Source of the DNA: Idiomarina loihiensis L2TR
Lineage (GTDB): Bacteria > Pseudomonadota > Gammaproteobacteria > Enterobacterales > Alteromonadaceae
Direction: 5' to 3'
Assembly (NCBI RefSeq): GCF_000008465.1
Contig: NC_006512.1
Span: 1,140,001 to 1,172,000 of the forward strand
DNA length: 32,000 bases
The position numbers and the translations under genes are program-made. The notes under the pieces were generated by a model, which saw only the letters and a list, made by a program, of their open reading frames with translations, searched no databases and was not told the DNA's origin. Within the stretch, counting starts at the first letter, position 1, and each line of letters opens with the position of its first letter. Below are positions 7,657 through 21,443 of this stretch, piece after piece.

Positions 7657-9288
7657 TTAAGCAATTTTAAAGCGTTTCATGCCATTATTTAATCGTTTTG
7701 CCAGTTCGTTCAGCTCACGGCTGGCTTCACTAATTTGCTCTGAGCCTGCTGCGGTTTGCTCAGCAGCCTGAGTAATGGATGTGAAGTTCTGGTTTATCTC
7801 TTCCGCTACGGCAGTTTGTTCTTCCGCTGCAGTCGCAATTTGCGCGTTCATGTCGCTCATTTTTGCAACCGAGCTATTCACGGCATGCAGAGACTTACCG
7901 GCGGAGCGCGCCTGTTCAACACTTTCTGCGGCTTTTCCTCTGCCTTTTTCCATAACGGTAACAGCGTCGTTGGCACTCACTCGCATGGTTTCAATTAAGC
8001 TTTGAATATTACGGGTTGAGTCCTGAGTTCGGTTCGCTAGTGCGCGGACTTCATCAGCAACCACCGAGAACCCGCGGCCATGTTCGCCGGCACGGGCGGC
8101 CTCAATTGCGGCATTCAACGCCAGTAAATTGGTCTGGTCAGCAATGCCTTCTATCACTTCCAGTACTTTATGAATTTCTGCCGTGTTATCAGACAACTGA
8201 CCAATAACTTTTGACGCACCTTCAACCTGGTTTGCCAGCTCTTCAATAGATCGTATGGTCGCTTCAACTTCACGGCTACCACCAACAGTCTCTTTATCAG
8301 TGTCGTCCGCCAACTGAGCCGCCTGCTCTGTATGCTGAGCAACTTCCCGCACCGTCTGTGCCATCTGATGAATTGCCGTTGCACCCTGAGTGGTCTGCTC
8401 TTGCTGCTGAACCACTAATTGCTGGTTATCATTCGCGGTTTCAGACAACTCGTTCGATGAGTTCAGAATCGTATCTGCGGAGTCATTAACATCCTGCAGA
8501 ATTTCTCTAAGTTGACGAGCCATGCGGTTAACGTCCGCCATCATGCTATCTTCATAGCGTGTCCGGGTTGAAACCGTTAAGTCACCGTCTGCAATGCGCT
8601 GCAATACCTCGGCGGCCTCTTCGGGCTCACCGCCTATGGTATGAGTCAGCTTGGCCACTATCCGCCAGGCTGCTATACCACCACTAATAATGGCAAAAGC
8701 AGTCACCCACCACATTAAAGTGGCGAAATTTGCACTGCGGTCCATAACACCTTCGGTACCTGACGCTATATTCTGCTCCTGATAGTCGATGAAGGTATTA
8801 ATACGATTCAGCCATTCAGCATAAACCGGAGACAGTTCATTCAGTACGTATTCCTGCGCCTGTTGTCGTTGACCTGAACTCAGCAAACGCTCTGTTTCAT
8901 CCGCGGCGGCCAGTCCACGCACTTGTACGTCTTCAATAGCAGCCAATAATTTACGTTCTTTGCTGCTAACTAAAGTGCTGTCAGAAAAAATAGCACTCAT
9001 ACCCTTATCTGCTGTGTTGTAATTCGCCTTTAAATCATCAATTAGCTCACGCAGCGGAGGGCGATCCGCGGCATCATCCACAAGTACTAAATCGCGCAGA
9101 GCAATAGCACGGTCATGGACACTGCCACGGTAATTAATAGCAAAGCGTTGTTTTTCACTTCCTACTTCATTCACTCTTGTTAGTGTTTTATCGATTTCGC
9201 TAACCTGATACGTACCGACAATGGTCGTTATAACAAGTAACAGCAGAATAAAGGCAAACCCCGCGTACAACCGATTTGCTATGGTCAT
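7657..9288 (-). CDS. Methyl-accepting chemotaxis protein (two TM segments, periplasmic helical sensor, HAMP, MA signalling domain)
   Basis: 543 aa. N-terminal [18 protein letters not shown] and a second [21 protein letters not shown]. Highly conserved hairpin-tip motif [35 protein letters not shown]. Ligand is unknown. Confidence 0.9.
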   Translation of the reverse strand: MTIANRLYAGFAFILLLLVITTIVGTYQVSEIDKTLTRVNEVGSEKQRFAINYRGSVHDRAIALRDLVLVDDAADRPPLRELIDDLKANYNTADKGMSAIFSDSTLVSSKERKLLAAIEDVQVRGLAAADETERLLSSGQRQQAQEYVLNELSPVYAEWLNRINTFIDYQEQNIASGTEGVMDRSANFATLMWWVTAFAIISGGIAAWRIVAKLTHTIGGEPEEAAEVLQRIADGDLTVSTRTRYEDSMMADVNRMARQLREILQDVNDSADTILNSSNELSETANDNQQLVVQQQEQTTQGATAIHQMAQTVREVAQHTEQAAQLADDTDKETVGGSREVEATIRSIEELANQVEGASKVIGQLSDNTAEIHKVLEVIEGIADQTNLLALNAAIEAARAGEHGRGFSVVADEVRALANRTQDSTRNIQSLIETMRVSANDAVTVMEKGRGKAAESVEQARSAGKSLHAVNSSVAKMSDMNAQIATAAEEQTAVAEEINQNFTSITQAAEQTAAGSEQISEASRELNELAKRLNNGMKRFKIA

Positions 9289-9409
9289 GTAATGCTCCAG
9301 AAAGTGATGATGATATATTTATCTATGTAATTGAACGATTATACTAATAAGGTTCAAAGATGGATCAAAAAAATTGATGTATTGACGAGGGTATAATCGA
9401 AATGTTCAA

Positions 9410-10069
9410 TTATTGTTTGATAAGCCAACGGAAAATTCTGAGCTGACTGGGTACATAGAAAAGATACTCAGGATGCCACTGTACGCCAATAATAGTTTGT
9501 TCGGTCTGCCCTTCAGAAGCCTGTAGAAAACCATCGAGATCCCAACCCACAGCAAGCATCCCGACGCCAGTTTGCTTCACAATTTGTGAATGCAAACTGT
9601 TAACTCGCAGTTTTTGTTTTTTACAAATTTTCGCCAACTGGCTCCGGGGCTCAATAAATACCTGCTTAGTTGGCAATAACCCGGGTCTGTTATAGGTTAG
9701 CTGTCGTAGCTCCCTAATATTCTGGTTCAGTTCACCACCCAGCACCACATTAATCAATTGTGAACCACGACAAATACCTAACAGAGGCTTTTTTTCTTCC
9801 AGAGCCCAGCGTATCCAGGCAATTTCAAGCTCATCTCTGTCGGGGTCGTATTCGCCGTCACGCTCCGGTGGTTGATTATACTCGGATGGACTAATGTCAT
9901 CGCCGCCGCCAATAATCACGGCGTCGACTCCTTCGTGGTCACAGCTGTGTCTGACACTCGCGCGCACAGGAGTTGCCCCAAGACACTTAAGAATAAGCCA
10001 GGTACACCACCAGGAAGGAGACCACCGTCTGGCGGTTCCTGTTACAACCACTCGCGGTCTTTGAGCCAT
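9410..10069 (-). CDS. Class I glutamine amidotransferase-like, peptidase C26 / gamma-glutamyl-GABA hydrolase (PuuD) family
   Basis: 219 aa. Nucleophile-elbow motif LLGICRGSQLIN and GVQWHPEYL (His of the triad). Its ATG at 10069 lies 28 nt inside the preceding ORF. Confidence 0.75.
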   Translation of the reverse strand: MAQRPRVVVTGTARRWSPSWWCTWLILKCLGATPVRASVRHSCDHEGVDAVIIGGGDDISPSEYNQPPERDGEYDPDRDELEIAWIRWALEEKKPLLGICRGSQLINVVLGGELNQNIRELRQLTYNRPGLLPTKQVFIEPRSQLAKICKKQKLRVNSLHSQIVKQTGVGMLAVGWDLDGFLQASEGQTEQTIIGVQWHPEYLFYVPSQLRIFRWLIKQ

Positions 10070-11082
10070 TGCTGCAACCTTTCCTTCCAGTCTTTTTCTG
10101 AAACCCCTATTAGCGGGCGTTCAGCATCAGTGAACGCTTGCTTCCAGTAATCTAAAGCCTGTTCGTCGTTCGCCAGAGCATCCACTATCCACCAAATTTT
10201 CCATGGTTCGGTTAAATCCCAGTCAGGGTGTTCAAGCTGACAATTCGGTAAACGATAATGAAATGTCGGGCGGGCTTTAATCTTATTATCTTCCACCGCT
10301 TTCATAATTTTTTCTTCATTCAGAAAAGCAAACAGCGGCAACATATCCAGCGCCCGGTTACGGGTGGCATTATGTTCCAGATAATCATTAATTAGTTGCT
10401 CCCGGCTTACCTCCTGCTGAGAAACCAGCAAGCGAATGTAGGCTTCAGGATATTTATCAATATAAGGACTCAGCTTTCGTGTTGTATCAACCCGGTGAGC
10501 CTCTACCAGCCACCATTGCAACAAAGAAAATGCCTGCAAATAACGCAGCAGGACATTTGGCTCTAACGACGGCACCTCCGGGTTAATATGCACACCATAA
10601 GCAGCAATCCAGGACTCATCAGTGCCCTTCGCACCTGCTTCCCGTAAAGCATCGGTCACAGGAATTAACCGCTCACACTGCTCAAGAGTCAATGGCGGGC
10701 AAACAATTTCGATAGGTACCAGGTTCTCAGCTATGCTGCCTAACTCGCGCACCCAGGCAGAATTGTCTCCGCCTTCTGCTTTCGCTTTTCGCTTTAAATA
10801 GTCCCAGTCTATCTCAACTGTAAATGAACCCAGTTCATCCACTTCAACTTTTTGTTCCGCTTTAGAGACCGCAACCCGTTTCCCCGACAACTGTTGTTGC
10901 AGAACTTCGACAGTTCTCTCCAGAGTTAAACCGCTAAACTCCAGTTCGAAACCGACTCTTCGGTCTTCCCCTTCATAATTTAGCGGCTCGGTTAATGCTT
11001 TGAACAACGTTTTACTCAATAGAAAATGTCCCCGCTGGTCCCGGAAATACAACTGGGCTTTCAAAGCCATCGTTACTGACAC
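10042..11082 (-). CDS. Amidoligase-family protein (glutamine-synthetase-like COOH-NH2 ligase); start uncertain
   Basis: 346 aa with RVGFELEFSG, VPIEIVCPPL and AYGVHINPE, which I recognise as hallmarks of the 'putative amidoligase enzyme' family. The ATGs at 11082 and 11070 overlap the M28 3' end (stop at 11012) by 71 or 59 nt. An in-frame TTG at 11019 would cut the overlap to 8 nt. Confidence 0.6.
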   Translation of the reverse strand: MSVTMALKAQLYFRDQRGHFLLSKTLFKALTEPLNYEGEDRRVGFELEFSGLTLERTVEVLQQQLSGKRVAVSKAEQKVEVDELGSFTVEIDWDYLKRKAKAEGGDNSAWVRELGSIAENLVPIEIVCPPLTLEQCERLIPVTDALREAGAKGTDESWIAAYGVHINPEVPSLEPNVLLRYLQAFSLLQWWLVEAHRVDTTRKLSPYIDKYPEAYIRLLVSQQEVSREQLINDYLEHNATRNRALDMLPLFAFLNEEKIMKAVEDNKIKARPTFHYRLPNCQLEHPDWDLTEPWKIWWIVDALANDEQALDYWKQAFTDAERPLIGVSEKDWKERLQQWLKDREWL

Positions 11083-12397
11083 TAGCTACACCGAAAATGT
11101 AATTATCGATCACCACATTCTCCAGTGTGTATTCGTTTACGTTACCCACATAGCGGCTGAACTGCCACTGAGGAGCACTGGTTAAGCGCCAGTAAACTTT
11201 ATAACCCGCAATATTTTCTTTATCTTCCTCTTGCGCCGTCCAGCGCAGGGTTGTATCCGGTTTTACTGCACCTTCTATTTCGACATTAGCAGGAGGCCTT
11301 GGCGCCCAAGACATGCTTGCCATAGAAACCGCGTTCAGCGCTGTCAGTTTAGCGGCGTAGTCAAAGTCTACGCCATCGATGGTATCGCCATATTCAATGC
11401 CATCTTCCACACGAAGGTCCTGGTGCTGACGGTTATAATTTTCGTTGGTTTCCATAATGCGGATACCGGCATAGCCTAAATCATTAAAAGGTCTATGATG
11501 CCCACCACGACCAAAGCGATCTAAGCGATAAACAATCATAGTGTCTAAATTATTGATGTAACGATCAGCCACTGTATCAATGTAGCGGGCTAAGTTGCGT
11601 GAAGGAGAATCCACTTCGCCACCATAAAAACGGCGCATGGTTGCTTCGCGATCCGATTCATTCATACGGGTGCCTTCAGCAAAAATACGTGCAGTGGTGT
11701 TATCAATAACCCCGTTAATACCTTCAATATTACCAATCATGTCATTATTAAGCACAGCGGTCAGATGCCAGTCGTCATCTTTCGCTTTTTTGGCCAGAAT
11801 TTTGCCGCCAAACAGACCTTGTTCCTCGCCTGCCAGTGCCGCATAAACAATAGAACCATCAAATTCGTACTGGGTTAGCACTCGTGCCGCTTCTAACGCG
11901 CCAGCGACACCAGAGGCATTATCGTTTGCGCCCGGGGCGTCGGAGGTATAATCCATGACATCACTAACTCGCGAGTCGATGTCCCCGGACATCATCACAT
12001 AACGATTAGGGTCTGTTTTACCACGCTGAACCGCAATGACACTTTTCACTTCCACAGGGTCAGGTATGCGCTCTTCTCCCGAAATCGTGTCGCTGACGTA
12101 CATCACTTCAAGGCAACCACCACAGGCTTCGGATATGCGCTCAAATTCAGCATAAATCCAGCGCCGCGCAGCACCAATGCCTCGCGTATCAGATTCCGTT
12201 TCAGATAAGGTATGGCGCGTGCCGAAATCCACCAGCGTCTGAATATCGCTTTCAATGCGATCAGCCTGCATGGCACCGGCTATTTCATGTAACTTTTCCT
12301 GCTCTTTATAGTCAATGCTATCCTGAGCGATAGCACTCAGCGGAGTGGCTAAACCAACACTTACCGCCAGTAATGAACTTGTCCACGATTTGAACAT
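11012..12397 (-). CDS. Exported M28-family zinc aminopeptidase with C-terminal fibronectin-III-like domain
   Basis: 461 aa. Signal peptide MFKSWTSSLLAVSVGLATPLSAIAQD. M28 metal-ligand contexts DNASGVAG, AGEEQGLFG, NNDMIGN and GGHHRPF. The C-terminal 90 aa (PPANVEIEG...LRWTAQ...GYKVYWR...YIFGVASVSNDGFES) look like an FN3 fold. Confidence 0.8.
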   Translation of the reverse strand: MFKSWTSSLLAVSVGLATPLSAIAQDSIDYKEQEKLHEIAGAMQADRIESDIQTLVDFGTRHTLSETESDTRGIGAARRWIYAEFERISEACGGCLEVMYVSDTISGEERIPDPVEVKSVIAVQRGKTDPNRYVMMSGDIDSRVSDVMDYTSDAPGANDNASGVAGALEAARVLTQYEFDGSIVYAALAGEEQGLFGGKILAKKAKDDDWHLTAVLNNDMIGNIEGINGVIDNTTARIFAEGTRMNESDREATMRRFYGGEVDSPSRNLARYIDTVADRYINNLDTMIVYRLDRFGRGGHHRPFNDLGYAGIRIMETNENYNRQHQDLRVEDGIEYGDTIDGVDFDYAAKLTALNAVSMASMSWAPRPPANVEIEGAVKPDTTLRWTAQEEDKENIAGYKVYWRLTSAPQWQFSRYVGNVNEYTLENVVIDNYIFGVASVSNDGFESPVVFPGPAGTFSIE

Positions 12398-12490
12398 AAT
12401 TGAATACCTGTTAATTAATGAGCTTGTTTGGATTATGCGGTATATAACGCAGGATGGAAAGCCACGCGCAGGAGCAGCAAACGGTAACCT

Positions 12491-14404
12491 TTATAACTGC
12501 TCCGTTAGTTGCGCAAGCCCGCTTAGAGTCTGAGTCACGTCTGTCAGGGTTATGACGCCGCGCAGTTGTTTAAAACTGGATTCAAGCTCCTTTGCGCGAT
12601 GCGGCAGGTAGCGTTGAATATAAGACAAATCTGTCGTCAACCCGGCTGCTATTTGATGCTGACATGGCTGCCCTGTTACCAGCAGCGCAAGAAAGTTATC
12701 ATCCTCGTCAAGAAAACGAATGTATTCTGCCGCCTCTTCAAAGCTGTCGTACTCGCTAATTTCCCGCCCCATAACGCCGTCTTTCTGAGTGGCCTGAGTA
12801 ACTCTTAACAGTAATATACGCGGCGACAAGTTGCTGTTCTCAGACACTCGACGCAATGCCTTTCTTAGCTCGGAGCTCAGCCGCCGTCCGCCGAGTAAGC
12901 GTTCGTTGTTTGCTAACCAAAATTCAGTATCATCAAACAATTTCGGTAAGCCTTCAGAAACGGGCATTAATGCGGCCAGCTGAGGCTCCCAGTCAACGCC
13001 GCTTTTATACAAAAATAAGGCGCTGGATAAAGCATAACGAAACATGTTCTGCTCAGCTGACGCTTCAGGACTAAGCAGTTTACAACTCAGTGCTTTAGCT
13101 CCTTTGGTCTGGTATTCCTGTAGTACCGATAATTTCAGCTTCTCATTGGAATGTTCGCGCCAAAGTGGAGTTTTTATCGCATTAAATTCGCCGTAGACTA
13201 GCTCATCGTCTTTGCTGTGAGTGAGCGTCAGTTGATAACACCTTGCCCCATAACCTGCCGCACGCAATGCGTTCAACGTAGCAATTAAGCTTTTTTCTTT
13301 TTGTATAGCCTGCAGCGGCAGTAAGTACTCACGCCAGACTTTATTTATGGGCAGGCTAATACGAAACAAGGTAACTTGCCGCCTTGTGGGTTTCCTGGCT
13401 TTTCGCAACTCATTTATCACAGACTGAACCCACGGTTGCTCAATAAGCTCCGCAATAAGGTCACCCTGATGTTGCTGCCAGCTGTTCAGCAGGGTCTGAT
13501 TTGATTTTGTCTGAACTAAAGCGCAGCACCCTGAGCCATCTTTTAAAATGAATGGCACAGCCTGAACAGCATCAAACCAACAACTTTCATGCACCCGGGC
13601 TGTAACCCTCTGGGCTAAATGCTCAACATTGACTTTATAGCGACGCCGGGACTTGTTCAACATAGCCGCTAAAAACCGACCAAGTTCGTCATCGCCAGTT
13701 TCATCCATGCGCCTTAAACGTAAGTAAAGACAAAAGTCTTTTTCTTTAAGCCCTACTACCCGGTATTCGTATTCCTGGGTTGCGTCAAACACAAAGTCGT
13801 CGCTAAGCCCTGAAAAGTAAACCTTTACGCGTGCATACTTCAAGCCGGTTAGTTGAGGATCAAAACCTAGCTTTAGCTGCAGTCCATTATTAGAGATGTC
13901 CACAGTCATAGCGCTGAATTCCTGGCCATCGGCCAGTTCCATGGTCACAGCGCTGACCAGGTTAATCCGTTGCTCACAACGTTGGTACTCACGCCCGGCC
14001 ACGAAACTGGCAAGCGCCTTCTCTTGTTCCTGCTGGGCTAAGGCTTTGTCTTCCGCTAACTGCTGATGCTGTGTTTTCAACGCTAATATTTGCTGTTTCG
14101 TGTCGTTTGTAAAAACACCCTTATACAGTCGTAAGCCGTCTTCAAATAATCGTTTCGCAGCTAAATCAAAATAATGTACGCGCCCCTGAAAAGGGTAAGC
14201 TTCAATTTCGGACTGAATTTTCTTGCGAAGATCTATAACACCCAAAGCTGGTTTCGCTAACTCGGTAATGCGCATACGCGCCTGCAGCCTCTCGGGCCCG
14301 CTAAGATGTTTTGTTTTACGTTTAAACAGAGACTCAAATTGAGAGCGGTGATAATCTGTTTTAAGCTCATCAATCAGACTTTCTATTGAAGGGTCACTGC
14401 TCAT
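12491..14404 (-). CDS. PilZ-motif-containing protein of unknown function (637 aa)
   Basis: R138-x3-R142-x3-R146 (GREYQRCEQRINL) is followed 22 residues later by D169-I-S-N-N-G174. This matches the PilZ c-di-GMP-binding signature RxxxR...(D/N)xSxxG. N-terminal 135 aa include a Gln/Ala/Glu-rich helical stretch. I do not recognise the C-terminal 380 aa or so. Confidence 0.55.
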   Translation of the reverse strand: MSSDPSIESLIDELKTDYHRSQFESLFKRKTKHLSGPERLQARMRITELAKPALGVIDLRKKIQSEIEAYPFQGRVHYFDLAAKRLFEDGLRLYKGVFTNDTKQQILALKTQHQQLAEDKALAQQEQEKALASFVAGREYQRCEQRINLVSAVTMELADGQEFSAMTVDISNNGLQLKLGFDPQLTGLKYARVKVYFSGLSDDFVFDATQEYEYRVVGLKEKDFCLYLRLRRMDETGDDELGRFLAAMLNKSRRRYKVNVEHLAQRVTARVHESCWFDAVQAVPFILKDGSGCCALVQTKSNQTLLNSWQQHQGDLIAELIEQPWVQSVINELRKARKPTRRQVTLFRISLPINKVWREYLLPLQAIQKEKSLIATLNALRAAGYGARCYQLTLTHSKDDELVYGEFNAIKTPLWREHSNEKLKLSVLQEYQTKGAKALSCKLLSPEASAEQNMFRYALSSALFLYKSGVDWEPQLAALMPVSEGLPKLFDDTEFWLANNERLLGGRRLSSELRKALRRVSENSNLSPRILLLRVTQATQKDGVMGREISEYDSFEEAAEYIRFLDEDDNFLALLVTGQPCQHQIAAGLTTDLSYIQRYLPHRAKELESSFKQLRGVITLTDVTQTLSGLAQLTEQL

Positions 14405-14472
14405 AATGGGCTATTGTTCAGTATCTATATTAAGTTCAACATTTCTTTTACATTAACGCCAAGAGGATCTTC

Positions 14473-15315
14473 ATGCAAACGCTTTTACTCGGTTACGGCG
14501 ATATTGCAGACCGCGTTGCGCAACGGCTGAGCGGGCAAAACGAGCAAGTCACCGGAGTTTGCAGAACCCCGGAGAGCAAGCCGGTACGCCAGGGGGTCAA
14601 TTTAGTTGCAGCAGACTTAAACAGTGAACAAGAGCTTTACCAACTGTTCCAGAATAAATGGGATAATGTTGTCATTACCCTGACTCCTGCAAAAGGCGCA
14701 GAAGATAGCTATCATCAGGGCTATGTCGTTCCCTGTCGTCACCTGCAACAGGTACTGTCGCAGCAAAGGCATCAGCCTAATATTATTTACGTTTCCAGCA
14801 CCGGCGTTTACGCACAACGCGACGGCGAGTGGATTGATGAAAACAGTGCAACCGAGCCTACGTCAGACTCCGGTAAAGCTCTATTACAGGCTGAATCCAT
14901 TATCAATGCCTTACCGGGGCAAACCTCAATTCTTCGTTGCAGTGGTATTTACGGCGAGGGACGTGACTTTTTATTGCGTCAATTAACTCAGGGCAATGTC
15001 CAGCTTCGTGACAGCTGGACTAACCGCATACATCAGGACGATGTCGCTGGCTTTATTGTGCATTTACTTACCCAGGTTAATCAGCCCAAACCTGTTTATT
15101 TAGTTAATGACGATGAACCGGTCAAACAATACGAAGTTTATCAGTGGCTGGCTGAGCAGCTTGGAATTGAGCTGGCAGGAAACATTAATAAAAAAGTTGG
15201 TCCCAGAGGCTCTAAACGCTGTATGAACAAGGGTTTGAAAGACAGTGGTTACCAACTTCAGTATGCGAATTTTCGCGAAGGTTATGCGCCGGTTATTAAA
15301 CAATGGCAGCGCTGA
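14473..15315 (+). CDS. NAD(P)-binding SDR / epimerase-dehydratase family protein, YeeZ-like
   Basis: 280 aa. N-terminal Rossmann motif LLLGYGDIA. The segment IIYVSSTGVYAQRDGEWIDE...PTSDSGKALL...TSILRCSGIYGEGR is collinear with E. coli YeeZ as I recall it. Confidence 0.65.
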   Translation: MQTLLLGYGDIADRVAQRLSGQNEQVTGVCRTPESKPVRQGVNLVAADLNSEQELYQLFQNKWDNVVITLTPAKGAEDSYHQGYVVPCRHLQQVLSQQRHQPNIIYVSSTGVYAQRDGEWIDENSATEPTSDSGKALLQAESIINALPGQTSILRCSGIYGEGRDFLLRQLTQGNVQLRDSWTNRIHQDDVAGFIVHLLTQVNQPKPVYLVNDDEPVKQYEVYQWLAEQLGIELAGNINKKVGPRGSKRCMNKGLKDSGYQLQYANFREGYAPVIKQWQR

Positions 15316-15325
15316 TTGCGCTGCC
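15305..15325. terminator. GC-rich hairpin between convergent SDR gene and gltD
   Basis: ggcagcgc (15305-15312) / gcgctgcc (15318-15325) with 5-nt loop tgatt containing the SDR stop codon. On the - strand it is followed by a moderately U-rich auuguuuaauaa. No clean U-tract on the + strand. Confidence 0.4.
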
Positions 15326-15331
15326 CATAAC

Positions 15332-21219
<5,888 letters not shown>

Positions 21220-21337
21220 GCTTATACCACTCGAATAATTATTCAATAAAGCTAGATTACCATGCAGGCATCAGCTTCGGTAGGCACTGGGGCTATTATT
21301 GTTACAAATATGTTGTATAGACAAAAAGTAAAAAGGC

Positions 21338-21347
21338 TCCCGAAGGA
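21338..21347. repeat. Target-site duplication, left copy (tcccgaagga)
   Basis: Identical 10-mer directly abuts both IS ends (21338-21347 and 22788-22797). Confidence 0.85.
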
Positions 21348-21406
21348 TAATGCCGATCAGTTAAGAAAAATTTTAGCGATCGGTTGACCGATCCGGCAGA
21401 GACTTC

Positions 21407-21443
21407 AAAATCCGTAGTTAGGTTTTCTAACTACGGATTTTTT
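21407..21443 (+). promoter_or_regulatory. Terminator-like hairpin plus T-run immediately upstream of the transposase ATG
   Basis: 14-bp perfect stem aaaatccgtagtta (21407-21420) / taactacggatttt (21428-21441) with loop ggttttc. The T6 run ends at 21443 and the ATG is at 21444. Confidence 0.6.

Noticed and set aside
9289-9409. Searched the MCP upstream spacer for a sigma28 (TAAA-N15-GCCGATAA) chemotaxis-class promoter.
   Set aside because: No acceptable match on the - strand. Only a TATAAT with a poorly spaced -35 (TTGATC at 19 nt) is present, so I make no promoter call.
21220-21246. TTG-initiated 9-codon extension of gltB.
   Set aside because: No SD upstream of the TTG. ATG 21219 gives an N-terminus (MGLYDP..DNCGFG) like other short-propeptide GltB proteins. 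This is low-stakes and unresolved without data.
21283-21296. GGCAC-N5-CTAT resembling the -24 element of a sigma54 promoter upstream of gltB.
   Set aside because: The -12 GC element is absent (CTAT instead of TTGC). The orientation is + strand, pointing away from gltB into the IS.
21384-21443. Track ORF start (TTG at 21384) giving a 20-aa N-terminal extension of the transposase.
   Set aside because: The extension is translated through the 14-bp hairpin and T-run. The E. coli IS4 transposase as I recall it begins at the position equivalent to ATG 21444 (M..GQALD).
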